A stretch of DNA of 64,000 nt, taken from positions 92,566,001-92,630,000 of the forward strand of contig NC_043004.1 in assembly GCF_006345805.1 (NCBI RefSeq), read 5' to 3'. Position 1 is the first letter of the stretch, and every line of letters starts with the position of its first letter. A program made the position numbers and the translations under genes. Origin of the DNA: Octopus sinensis. Its lineage: Eukaryota. Below the pieces are notes generated by a model that made no database searches, had not been told where the DNA came from, and saw only the letters and a program-made list of their open reading frames with translations. Below, one piece after another: positions 1-12,563 of this stretch.

Positions 1-162
1 TTATTTTATTATTATTATTATTATTATTATCATTTCTTTTTTTATTATCTTTTTAATTTTTGTTTCATTGCAATCTTTTTTTCTTTTGTTCAGATTGACT
101 TTTCCATTTTCATGATCGTGATGATCATGATGTTGATGATGATGATCATGATGATAATGATG

Positions 163-213
<51 letters not shown>

Positions 214-351
214 TCAATTGATTGATCGATCGATAGCGGCTGGAATCCAAGCCGTTATTGTGTCTGATTCCTGTTTATGTTCTATACAAAATAACAAAAC
301 GTGTAACCCAATAAGGTATACACAGACATTCTCACAGACACACACAGTCAT

Positions 352-396
<45 letters not shown>

Positions 397-517
397 ATAT
401 ATATATATATGTACACACACACACACTAACGTAGACGCTGATAGACACGGATGTAGGCACAAACAGTCTTATAAAGTTTAGTATGTACACAATGTTACGT
501 GCGTATGTTTATGTCTA

Positions 518-582
<65 letters not shown>

Positions 583-780
583 CTTGTACCTGTGTCTGGA
601 TATACTTAGGTCATACATAAGTACGTATGCATGTATAATATGTATGTATGTATGTATGTATGTACAGCGGTAGTCTGAAAGAGAATTCATAAAATTTTGA
701 AAAGTCATTAACCGATTATATATATGTGTGTTTATATATTCTTGCGCGTGTTTGTATACTGTGTGTGTTTGTGTGTTGTG

Positions 781-821
<41 letters not shown>

Positions 822-930
822 GCTCATGTGTGTGTGTGAGTGCAAACGTTTAAGCTTACAATCATAAGTAGAAACAGTGTTCTCAATACAGATATACTGT
901 AAATGTCTACTGCAGTGACGTTCCTAACGT

Positions 931-1250
931 GAAGGTGCCTGGCTTAGTGGTCAGGGTATTCAACTCACGATCGTAAGGTCATGAGTTCGGATCCTGGCCG
1001 CGGATTGTGTCTTTAAGCAAAATATTTTATTTCACGTTGCTCCGGTTCACTCACCTCGCAAAAGTGATTTGTACCTGTAATTCAAAACGGCCAGCCCTAC
1101 CACATTCTGTATCACGCTGAATATCCCTGAGAACTACATTAAGGGTGTGCGTGTCTGTGGAGTGCTCAGCCACTTTGCTCGTTAATTTCACGAGCAGGCT
1201 GTTCCGTTGATCAGATCAACTGGAACGCTCGTCGTCGTAGCCGACGGAGT
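931..1250 (+). mobile_element. tRNA-derived SINE, family B, near full length
   Basis: A-box-like TGGCTTAGTGG and B-box-like GAGTTCGGATCC head, then body ending GATCAACTGGAACGCTCGTCGTCGTAGCCGACGGAGT. An inverse copy lies at 12564-12850. Confidence 0.85.
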
Positions 1251-1255
1251 AACAT

Positions 1256-1580
1256 TTTTGTTGTTTTCAATGATCATACGTTGGAATCTCCTGTCGTGTA
1301 CGACTGCTGAAATGTTCTGCATTTCCTTGCTGAATAGCAAACACAGATGATTTGCTTATAGTGATCAAATGTTTGTGCTGTGCATTAACCCACTCCCTCC
1401 ATCCGATCGACACTGCCTGTACAGGTGAAAGGTTTATCACAGGTCAGGTGTCGAAGTGATCGCAGAGCAACGTGAGACGAAGTGTTTTGTTCAAGAACAG
1501 AACGCATCGCCCGGTCCGGGAATCGAAGCTATGATCCCGTGTTCGTAAGTGCAGCGCCCTAACCACTAGGCCGCTTGCTT
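1256..1580 (-). mobile_element. tRNA-derived SINE, family C (head related to B, different body)
   Basis: Minus-strand head GGCCTAGTGGTTAGGGCGCTGCACTTACGAACACGGGATCATAGCTTCGATTCCCGG at ~1510-1572, followed by TTCTTGAACAAAACACTTCGTCTCACGTTGCTC as in family B. The 3' boundary is uncertain. Confidence 0.65.
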
Positions 1581-1590
1581 TCATATTATA

Positions 1591-1822
1591 TACCTATTTC
1601 TTTATTACCCACAAGGGGCTAAACATAGAGGGGACAAACAAGGACAGACATAGATATTAAGTCAATTATATCGACGCCAGTGCGTAACTGGTACTTAATT
1701 TATCGACCCCGAAAGGATGAAAGGCAAAGTCGACCTCGGCGGAATTTGAACTCACAACGTAACGCAGACGAAATACCGCTAAGCATTTCGCCCGGCGTGC
1801 TAACGTTTCTGCCAGCTCGCTG
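1591..1822 (-). mobile_element. tRNA-derived SINE, family A, long-tail variant
   Basis: Minus strand: GCGAGCTGGCAGAAACGTTAG head, GAGTTCAAATTCCGCCGAGGTCGAC B-box, central CTTTCATCCTTTCGGGGTCGATAAATTAAGTACCAG, tail ...TAGCCCCTTGTGGGTAATAAAGAAATAGGTA. Same variant at 36180-36400. Confidence 0.9.
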
Positions 1823-1837
1823 CTTTCATATATACCA

Positions 1838-1872
<35 letters not shown>

Positions 1873-1977
1873 CGTATGTTGAATGGTACTTCTTTTCGTT
1901 TTCCTCAAATATACATTCATACACGCATATATGCGTACATACATACATACACACACACACGTATATATATATATATA

Positions 1978-2025
<48 letters not shown>

Positions 2026-2030
2026 TATAT

Positions 2031-2062
<32 letters not shown>

Positions 2063-2064
<2 letters not shown>

Positions 2065-2276
2065 TGACGATCTGACAAAATTGTTAGAAGGCCGGACAAA
2101 ATGCATAGCGGCATCTCGTCTATCTTAATGTTCCGAGATCAAATTCCGCCGAAGTCGAATTTGCTTTTGAGCCTTTCAGACTCGATAAAATAAGGACCCG
2201 TTGAGCACTGACATCGATGTAATTGACTAACCCCACCCCACAAGATTTAAGGCCTTGTGCCAATAGTAGTAAGGAT
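2063..2276 (+). mobile_element. SINE family A, short-tail variant
   Basis: GAGATCAAATTCCGCCGAAGTCG B-box, CCTTTCAGACTCGATAAAATAAG central domain, GGCCTTGTGCCAATAGTAGTAAGG tail. Confidence 0.85.
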
Positions 2277-3132
2277 GTGTGCTTGTGTGTGTGCAAGTGT
2301 GCGTGTGTGTGAGAGAGTGTCTGTGTTATTGATTGGAAATTATATTTAATTTTTTACATCTAATAAGTGTTATTACATAAATGAAATAAAAACTGTATGT
2401 GGATATGTATGCGTGTATGTATGATTATATGCGCAAGTGCGTACGAACAAATAGGTTATTACATGCTTGAATAGACAATTTTTCTTTACGTCAAATTCTT
2501 CGTAATATTAAATAAGAAAATCAAAATACATAATATGTACCCACACACACAAACACTACCATACACATGACCAACATGGCCACCATTACCAATATTACAA
2601 TCGATGTACATCTTAACGTATGGATATTTAGTAGTTTCATCATTTATAGTTTCTTAATAGACAAATATGATTGGTAGAAAATTCTAGAAGTAATTCTTCC
2701 TACATCATGCTTAAAACATCAGAAATCAAAGCAGAGATTGTTGAATTTATTTATATATCTAGAAATGAAATAAAGGGTTTATTTTGTTTTTGTTTTTTAA
2801 TATGTATTCTGTATATATGCATGAGAGTGCGTGTCTGCAAATAACTGCCCCTTACCCATGGAAGAAGATAAATGACGGGTCAATTTTTATTCATGTTTTC
2901 GATAATTACATTCATTAATTTAGCTGTATTTTGTTCTCTCTTGGTTTGTATTTTTCTAATTTATTTATTTAGCTTTACCCTTTTATTGCGAAATAAAAGA
3001 TCGATGGAGAAAGAAAACTAAAACCTCGAATCATTTTTATTACTTCTGCCTTTCTGGATTTCTCTCGTTAGATGCACACATATATGCACTCACACGCGCA
3101 CACACTAACACGCGCAAATAGATAGAAAGAGG

Positions 3133-3182
<50 letters not shown>

Positions 3183-3186
3183 CAGT

Positions 3187-3234
<48 letters not shown>

Positions 3235-3315
3235 CAGGCAGACAGACAGACAGACAGACAGACAGTTAGATAATATATCTTTTACAAATGTATATTTATG
3301 TATGTACGTATGAAT

Positions 3316-3346
<31 letters not shown>

Positions 3347-3355
3347 CGTGTAAAC

Positions 3356-3530
3356 ATAGTTGGGAGCAATACTCTAAGCAGCTAAGAGCAAATGTCCTCC
3401 AGAGGACCTTCATGGTTTCTTGTTCTCTCGTTCTGAAAGTTCTAAGGATCCATTCGGCCAGCCGCCTGCATCTTATTGCAAATTTAGAACTATGGAAAGA
3501 TGCATTATTACCAAGTTGCGCTCTAGGCAT
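3356..3530 (-). mobile_element. CR1-clade LINE ORF2 C-terminal fragment
   Basis: Translation RCRRLAEWILRTFRTREQETMKVLWRTFALSCLEYCSQL matches the post-RT motif (W-I-L-R-T-F...L-E-Y-C-S-Q-L-W) of CR1/Jockey-group LINEs. Truncated by (CA)n. Confidence 0.7.
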
Positions 3531-4227
3531 TGATATTCTATTACGATGGAAGCATCGTTACTTCCGTCGTGATAAAAATTATTTTCCCTACACACCCATC
3601 ATTTTATACATACAGACTTATACACATACACTTCTTAAAAAAAGAATATGCATCCTAGATTTATACACATTTCTTTAAAAAAATAAGCATTTGTTTTACC
3701 TCCCACCACCGCCAATTCCCGTACCTCTTTCATTCTTTATCTTTTGTCTTACCCATCCACCTCACACTTAATCTTTCTTCAACCTACAATAAAATTTCAC
3801 GTAAAATTGGGGTGGATCATTATCCCTTTGCATACGTGCATGTGGTCACTGGCTAAGGTTTAAGACTTCAAGGTTAAGGACTTCAAAGGTTTAAGAGCCA
3901 GTCTTGTTTGCCTTCTTCTTTTGTTCTGTCACTTGTGGATGAATACTTTCGTCCATAATTTTCCTCTCGGTCATTCTCAGCAATTTTGAGACTCATAAAC
4001 CGGATGTAAAGTTTTCTGACCTCCTGTAGCTGTATTCCTATGCCATGCTTTTCTATTCGGCAATTATTGATGATTGATAATTTTACCTTTGCATATTTGG
4101 CCTGAAAACCGTTCATAACGACATTAATGGGTTGTCATGAAAACGAAATACGTGAATAATACCAACGCTATTAGCTAATATATGCGTGTGCCTGTTAGGT
4201 ATTCTGTCACCTGAAAATTTATTGAAG

Positions 4228-4267
<40 letters not shown>

Positions 4268-4272
4268 TATAT

Positions 4273-4335
<63 letters not shown>

Positions 4336-4348
4336 TAATATATATAGG

Positions 4349-4520
4349 GAGAATTCACAAAAAAGCAGAAGACGAAGACAGGTGGTGGTGTAGACAGCAA
4401 ACAGATGTATTAGTATAACGCTCGGGAAGTGAAAAAGTATTTAACGTTTCGAACCTACGCTTTTCCACAGAAAAGAACACAGAAAGGAACAAGGAGAGAA
4501 AATAAAGAATGTGTAGTGAT
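4349..4520 (-). mobile_element. Penelope-like pLTR-type short element (family P1) with degenerate hammerhead-like fold
   Basis: Homologous to 18515-18680 and 58280-58470. Minus strand CTGTGGA-A-AAGC-GTAG-GTTC-GAAA-CGTT. The 3' end abuts (TA)n. Confidence 0.6.
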
Positions 4521-4742
4521 ACATACATACGTATGTATGTATGTGTCTTTGTCTCTCTGAATATCTGTATGTATGTATGTATGTATGTATGCATGTATGT
4601 ATGTATGTATGTATGTAAGCATGCATGAATGTGTCTGTCTGTAAACGTATGTAACGAAGCGTTCACATGCGCATGATCCAGTGGTTAGAAAGTTTATTTG
4701 CACACTCGGGTGCGTGTGTGGGTACATCTGCACGTGTATTAA

Positions 4743-4861
<119 letters not shown>

Positions 4862-4927
4862 ATATATAGCTACTATAATATATATATGTATATATATGTA
4901 TACGTATATATATATATACACATATTA

Positions 4928-4958
<31 letters not shown>

Positions 4959-5610
4959 TTATACATATATATATATAATGTATATATGTATATATATACT
5001 TTTACATACATAAATATAAATACTTAATCATATACATACGCATATATATATAACTGTGTGTGTATGTGTGTGTGTTATGCATATGTAAAGATACACAGAT
5101 ACACACAAGCACATAGATGTATGTAAATATACATAATCCATCGCCTGAACGAGTACAGTCTCTACTATCGATCGATTGATTGATTACCCAGACTAGTGAG
5201 AAGATAATGAATTAAATATTTGATAGCGTTAAAATATATCAATTACTGAGACTGAGTAGAGAGAAAATGAGGAGACGCGCAAAGAAACTTTGAGAGGGCA
5301 GTGCACAATGAAATTATAGAGAGAAAATAAAATTATTTCATTTTCTCTCCCTCGTTCTATACATACACACACATATATATATACAAATGTGTGTGTGTGT
5401 GTGTGTGTTAATAGTAAGAAACTGTAGGAGTAGCTGAACAGCAAAATATCTTGAGAGAACACAACACGTGAAAGTATTTCAGCCTTCAACACGTTACTCT
5501 CTAAGGAGCCGGGCCACATAGGGCTCATGACTCTTGGATACATCTCTGCTATCCCATTGCTATCACATTCCCAACTACTGTCAGCATTGAATCCAAATAC
5601 ATATAGATAT

Positions 5611-5681
5611 GTTTCTTTATTAGCCCACACAGGCTGCACACAGATAGAACAAATTACAAGGTAGAGCTTTTCTTTTGAAGG

Positions 5682-5719
<38 letters not shown>

Positions 5720-8700
5720 AGGGGGAGGTTCGATCCAAAAGGATCGTAAAAGGGAGAAAGAGGACAAAAATAAGGGGGGTTAAAAAAAAAAAAAAAGGGG
5801 GGGGGGGAGAGGAAAAAAAATGATCAATAGGGATCGTTATCACAGAAATGTCAATATAAGTGTAAAGGGGAGGACAGGTGGGTTTACCCGTGGAAGAAAA
5901 CTGCTGAAAAGACCACGGTAACCTCGGTCAATGAAGTCACATTTTATATTTCTTTTTTTTTTTTTTTTTTTTTGCAAATAAGCAACTCTCTTTTTCGATT
6001 TCTGGGTTCATAGGACTATGCTCAAGGTGGCTTCGTCATTCATACGTGCCATTCTTGCTACATTCACCCATCTTTTTTAAAACATTCGCTAGACAAAACT
6101 TGCCTCTCTACTCTCACTTTCCTTTTCAAGTGGTACTTGAAGAAGTTGAGGAGACATTGACCAGAGAGGAAAGTGTTTGTCTCCAATCCTTTCAGACGCG
6201 TCCACCAGATACATTCTTTCGCCATAGCCACAAGGATGATGAAAATACTCTTCCTTCCGTTTGAAGGAAGGAGGCGTGGCAATATTGACGATAGACTCAG
6301 CTGATAAACCGACTCGTCCCACACGTGACGCAGTTGTTCGACATAAGCCCACAGGTCGGAAATTGTTGGACACTGAACGAGTGCGTACAGAACGGTTTCG
6401 TCGTTCTGACCGCATCTCGGGCAGGTCGGCCCCGTGTTTCTCGAGCCGTGTCTGTAGAGCTTATCCCGAACGGGTAGCGCTTCTCGGTGCACTGCCAGGC
6501 CAGGGATCTCTGGAAGTTGTCCATGGGCCCTGGCCCGAAAGTCGTCCCGAACAGCGGGGTCAGGTACTCCTCGTCGACGTCCAGGTTCGCCCCGAGCTCG
6601 TCGTCGTACCTCCCCTCCACTAACCCCTATAGAATGCTTTGGTTGTGTTGAAGTCACTTAAGGTCGACCCAGGACGGCAGAGTTGCTTGAGAGCAACGCG
6701 ACACTCGCGGTGCCATTCGCCCTTCCTCGGCCTCTTTTTGATCCACGACTGCAGTTCGGTCATGGAGACGAGCTGCGGGAAAGCGTGCCTCACAAACGGC
6801 GACCACACCTGTTCACCGTCGTCTACATAGAGCCAGAGATGTCGCAGTCTCAGCGCGTGTCTGCGCATCATCAACCACGGCATGCCCGCCCTCCTTTTAA
6901 CGGTGTTGACAGCAAATGGATCGCCTGACCATCGGGACGCATCCTTTCCACAAGAAGCGAAAGAGGATGCGTTGTAGTTTGGTGATGGTAGGGTCGGGAC
7001 AAGTACGACGGTCAGGCGGTAGTAATATGACGGACGCGATGTACGTGTTCGCCACCTCCGCTCGACCTTTTAGGGACAGTTTCCTCTCGGCCCATTGCCG
7101 GGCGAGAGTGACCACCCTAACTCGTTATCTCGTTCCAGTTCTTCTCCACTTGGAGGTCCGGACCAAACCAGACCCCGAGCAACTCAACCGGGCCGTCGGT
7201 CCAGCGTCCCACGACGGAGGCGCTGGTGGACGGCATGGGCTGCTTCTCCAGGTGCCTAGTCGCAAGCCACTGACTTTCCCGGTTGATTTTCGCTCCTGTC
7301 ACGCTTCGTAGTTTTTCAGTGTCTCGCCGACCAGCTCGATGTCTCGTGGCTAGACACTATGACGGTGACGTCGTCCGCGTATGCAGACACGCTCGTCCCG
7401 CATCCCAATCTCGCGGGATGCCCCTTAGAGTCGCCAGCTTCCGCAGTAGTGGCTCAGATCAATACGTATAGAAGCGCCGAGAGGTGGCATCCCTGACGAC
7501 CGAAACGTGCAATGTCGAAAGGTCTCGATAGATGTCCATTTACGCGAATTACCGAACGGATGCCTCTGTACAAGGCAGCTATCCAGCCGCGGAAGACGGG
7601 ACCGAAACCAGCCGCTCTCAGGACTGCCTCCAAGTATCGATGGTCTACCCTATCAAAGGCTTTTGATTGATCCAAGTTGATCAGGGCCCCACCCATGCCA
7701 GGTTCGTTAACTACCCTGTCTATGATGTAGCGCATCAGATGGAGGTTGTCATGGATGGTCCGGCCTGGCACGGCGCATGTTTGCGCCTGTCGACCAGTTT
7801 TTCGATGACAAGCGCCAACCTCTTGGCTAGCACCTTGGCCAAAATTTTCAAGTCTGCATTAAGCAGAGTGATGGGCCTAAAGTTATCTATTACATTTCCC
7901 TTGTTTAGATCTTTCTTCAGCAGTGTTACGGCTCCTCGGCTCACAAAACCAGGAATGCTCCCGTTTTGCTGCCAGTTGCAGTACACCGCCGCCAAGATCT
8001 CCAAACAAGTCTGGCATACAATTGTAAAGCTCGTAGGGTAGACCATCCAAACCCTGATTTGTCCTCGAGCATTCTGCCATCGCTTCCCGCACTTCCGCCG
8101 CCGTGATGGCACCTTCGCACACCCTGCCTTTCTTGTCGAGAGTCGTGGTAGGCTATGTAGGTAGGCACTGAAGTCCACCCTACGTTCTTGCCCTCCACTC
8201 GTTCCGAACAGTCGGGCAAAATGCTGCTGAAAGGCCTCACACATTTTACTTGGCTCGAGCAATTCGCGCCCCTGTTCATCTACCAGTGACCGAATGGTGG
8301 CTTTGTTGCCCTGTTGTGCGCCTCTGCCACCCGGGCCTCTCTCGCGGCTCCAACACCTTCGTTCCTTAGAGCACGCATCCTAGCTCTGACAGCACATCCT
8401 TCGTGTTTGGCGTTGAAGTGTTGTCGAGGGCCAACCTCGCCGCCAAAACGTCGGATGCGATGCCGCTTCTAATTGCCTCTTCTAGCTTCTTAACTAGCTC
8501 ACCCTCTACTCTATTTCTTCTATGGCTAGTGCTTGCTGTACCTAATCGCTTCTGCTTTTACTGCTCTCTTGAGGGCAACCACCATTTGTTGTTGATGATG
8601 GCTCCCGTCAAAGCCCTCTTTACTAGTGTGCTAATCCGGTCTCTGAAAACTTGTCTCGATGGGAAAGACGCGTTTAGTTTCCAGTATCCGGGACCCTGCC

Positions 8701-9100
8701 TAAGTGTCTTACCTAAGTCTAGCGTACATGTCACAAGTTTGTGATCCGTGTAGCTGACTATGTGGAATTGTGGACATCCTATGCTATCTCTATCTACTGT
8801 CCTACACAGTATCCTATCTAGATACGATCTCGACGCCCGATGCGGTTGCTCCATGTCCACGTTGGCGCATTCGGGTGGTCTAGTCGAAACCTGTCAGACA
8901 GTTGAAAGCGTCTGAGCAGGTCGCTGAGGCATTTGCATCCCCGTCTATTCCTATCTCTACCCACGTAGTCTACATGCGTGTCCAAGGAGCATTCCAATCC
9001 CCCACTAAGAGTAAAGGACGAGACGTTCCCAAGAAAAACTTCTAGACGTTGAAAGAAATCCGCCCGACCTGTTAGGGCGGTGCGTAAACTGATACGAGCC

Positions 9101-9104
<4 letters not shown>
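5611..9104 (-). mobile_element. 5'-truncated L1/Tx1-clade non-LTR retrotransposon (ORF2 plus 3' UTR)
   Basis: Collinear ORF2 pieces: APE ([21 protein letters not shown]...TDHKLV, PGYWKLN), RT (NFRPITLLNADLKILAKVLA, LDQSKAFDRVDH, VSAYADDVTV at 7370-7381, LLGVWF), zf-RVT (ALPVRDKL...CPRCGQNDETV..ALVQCP), stop at 6008-6010. The UTR ends GCTAATAAAGAAAC at ~5611. Confidence 0.93.
6008..9104 (-). pseudogene. Frameshifted LINE ORF2 (endonuclease/reverse transcriptase/zf-RVT)
   Basis: ORF-track pieces 8818-9378, 8558-8860, 7735-8262, 7454-7771, 7117-7302, 6897-7115, 6620-6883, 6064-6657 and intervening frames join into one ORF2 through multiple frameshifts. The N-terminal part of APE and ORF1 are absent. 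Confidence 0.88.
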
Positions 9105-9614
<510 letters not shown>

Positions 9615-10832
9615 ACAGCTTGGTAGCTAGGTAGTATTAAGTACGTATATACCTTAGTCTGCACAATAAATATACATCATTACCTGTATTTTTTATATAA
9701 ACACATTACAGTAGACATATATTTGCATCACTAACACCGGTTTCTCAAATTCATGTTTTAGTTATACTTCATTACCTCCCACCTTATGCAGTTGGTACTG
9801 AAGCTATTCATGTGCGTGTGTGTGTGTGTTGTGGTAAGGTGTGAATGAGTATGTACTTATATGCACATTTATTTACCTGGTTATTCAAACGGTCTCATTC
9901 TCAGAAATGTTTACAATTCAGTGTTTCTAGGAAGCTATCTTGTCTGAATTTTTATTAAAAAATACATCCTCGGAGAATATTATATTCACTGCCGCCGTTG
10001 AATACAAATATCAAGGATGATGGTTTGACGTATATCTTCCTCGGTTGTTCCAGTTCAGCTCTTAGAGAATATTGGACGTTGTTATGACTTCCACATGTAA
10101 ACCAACAACGGAGTCATGCTTCTCGTAATTTCGTTTCTAAATAAATCCACTTGTATGTCGCATACTCTTTTGGATGTATTAGCTGTTAATCCTATGTGTG
10201 TCTTTGTAAACTATGGCGCTTTAACAGAATATTTGTACACAACATCATTTACCAAACAGTTGCCCACCATAGGTCAAACTTTCGATTGCAGCTTGTATTT
10301 GCTGTTCTACTCATATTCATCATGTTAGCATTCATTTTTAGCTTTATTGCAACTTGCTGTGTTTCTACCTAAATTTAGGGTTGTTCAATACGATAATCCT
10401 TTTGCATTTTTCTTTAAGGATTTTTAATATTTGTGTAGGAGTGAGAAATTCTTTTCTCTTGGTGAGGTAAACAAAACTTAGCTACAGAATTTGCCACCAC
10501 TAAGCGAAAGATAGAGGTGGGTTAAACCAAGTTAAGAGAGTGCGTTTATATTTCCTTTTACTAATATTTTTCCCAAATGTTATCCTAAAGCTGGATTCTA
10601 AAGAGGGCATCATTATATCTGTGTAGCAATACCTAACACTTTCTGCACTAAATTATTTAGTAAACTTGGTATACTAAAACAGTTTCTTTCACATATATGT
10701 TCCACTGTGTACTGGAAATCGGAGCCGTTCAGTTATAATGCATTAAAGAATTACTCTATATCGGTATTGAGTCCCTAATTTATCGATTTTGATAAATCAA
10801 CACACACACACAAACACAGATGTATATATATA

Positions 10833-11841
10833 TATACGCGAGAAAGAAGCAACAAGAATGGATAGGTTTTTAGTACAATCGTTTCATACAAGGACAGGCT
10901 TTATTAAATGTTGCAAAAATTACAGCATATAAACGTGTCCCGTACTCACCAGCTAAAATACATGTGAGTTCTCTAGACATCCTAGTGGTGAGGCTATACT
11001 CATGAAGTAATGGAGATAATTAAGTAACATAAACAGATTTCCAAAGTTCATTAAAGTTCTTTAAAGATGGATGTACAGTTTATCACGAATTTTAAAAAAG
11101 TTTTAATAGCATCACAGAGAAGGTGACCTAATCCATAGTGCACATATGAATTCCCAGAGATATGAGGAGGGATTACATACTCACAGACGACAAAATTATC
11201 ATTGTTATCAAACGAGGTGGGTCTCAATTCCTGCTTATTAGCATTACAGAGAGGGTGAATTAATCCTTTGTATAGATGCCACAATTTCCAATGGTGTAGA
11301 TGTAAATTTCCAGAGAAATGAAGAGGAATTTCATATTCACAGGCGATAAATTTATCAATGGTTGAACACAATGAGTAGGTAGGTATCAATTCTTGTTATA
11401 TGATTAGGTATTTGCACATTAATCATCCATTACTGCTATTTACAAGAGGCTGTAGCTATTTAACTTTTAAAGGCTGAAGGGCTTTCTAGAGATGCAAAGA
11501 ACAGAAAAGGGAAGGGAAGAGAAGAAAAGAGAGAAAAAAAGGAGGAGGGACCAAAAAGGGGGGGAGGGGGACTAAAAGAGAAGAGAAAAGGAAATCTGTA
11601 CATCATCTTTAAAGAAACTTAATTGAACTGTGGAAATCTGTTTATGTTACTTAATTATCTACATTACTTCATGAGTATATGCCTCAACCACTAGGATGTC
11701 TAGAGAACTCACATGTATTTTAGCTGATGAGTACGGGAACACGTTTATATGCTGTAATTTTTGCAACATTTAATAAAGCCTGTCCTTGTATGAAACGATT
11801 GTACTAAAACCTATCCATTTTGTGCTTCTTTCTCGCTTATA
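10833..11841. mobile_element. Foldback element with ~245 bp inverted arms (Penelope-like inverted pLTR, or a MITE)
   Basis: 10833-11078 is the reverse complement of 11596-11841 (e.g. CGAGAAAGAAGC / GCTTCTTTCTCG; GTGAGTTCTCTAGACATCCTAGTGG / CCACTAGGATGTCTAGAGAACTCAC). The right arm has CTGATGAG and a downstream AATAAAG. Confidence 0.8.
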
Positions 11842-11953
11842 ATCACCCCACATTACTGTATTGTTAAAACAGTATAGTTTTTTTTTTGGTGCATCTAAGT
11901 TAGGTACCATATTCAAGTAAATCATTTAAATTAACTTGAATCTTATTGCTTTT

Positions 11954-11997
<44 letters not shown>

Positions 11998-12120
11998 AAT
12001 ATATATGTGCGTGCGTGAGTGTGTGTGCGTGTGCCTGTGTGTAGATAGAAAGATGTATATGTATGTATATATATACATATATATATATATATACGTATAT
12101 ATATATATATATATATATAT

Positions 12121-12170
<50 letters not shown>

Positions 12171-12279
12171 TATATAAACTGTAAAAACGGAAAGGAGGAG
12201 GAGACGGAACGAAGTGAAGTGAGATTCGAAAAATCGAAAATTCAACGAACCCGACGCGAAGCGCTGTCAGACAATAGTG

Positions 12280-12493
12280 TAATAAATAAAATATATGCTT
12301 ACATACAAACATATATGTACGTACCGACATCTACATGTATATATACATGCATATATAAATATATTACGTACAGGACATCACAGGACATCCTGTGATGTCC
12401 TGTACGTATATATATTTATATATGCATGTATATACATGTAGATGTCGGTACGTACATATATGTTTGTATGTATTGCATATATTTTATTTATTA
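12280..12493. repeat. Near-perfect ~214 bp palindrome
   Basis: Centre ACGTACAGGACATCACAGGA-CA-TCCTGTGATGTCCTGTACGT. The arms extend ~105 bp with few mismatches. Confidence 0.9.
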
Positions 12494-12563
12494 TTATATT
12501 ATATATATATATTATATATATTATCCATACATACATATATATCCATACATACATATATGGAGT

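Noticed and set aside
3850-4170. Possible RTE remnant on the minus strand
   Set aside because: Only a vague W-containing C-terminal resemblance, which is insufficient.
6046-8744. Plus-strand ORFs over the LINE
   Set aside because: Antisense shadows of a GC-rich RT ORF with no independent motifs.
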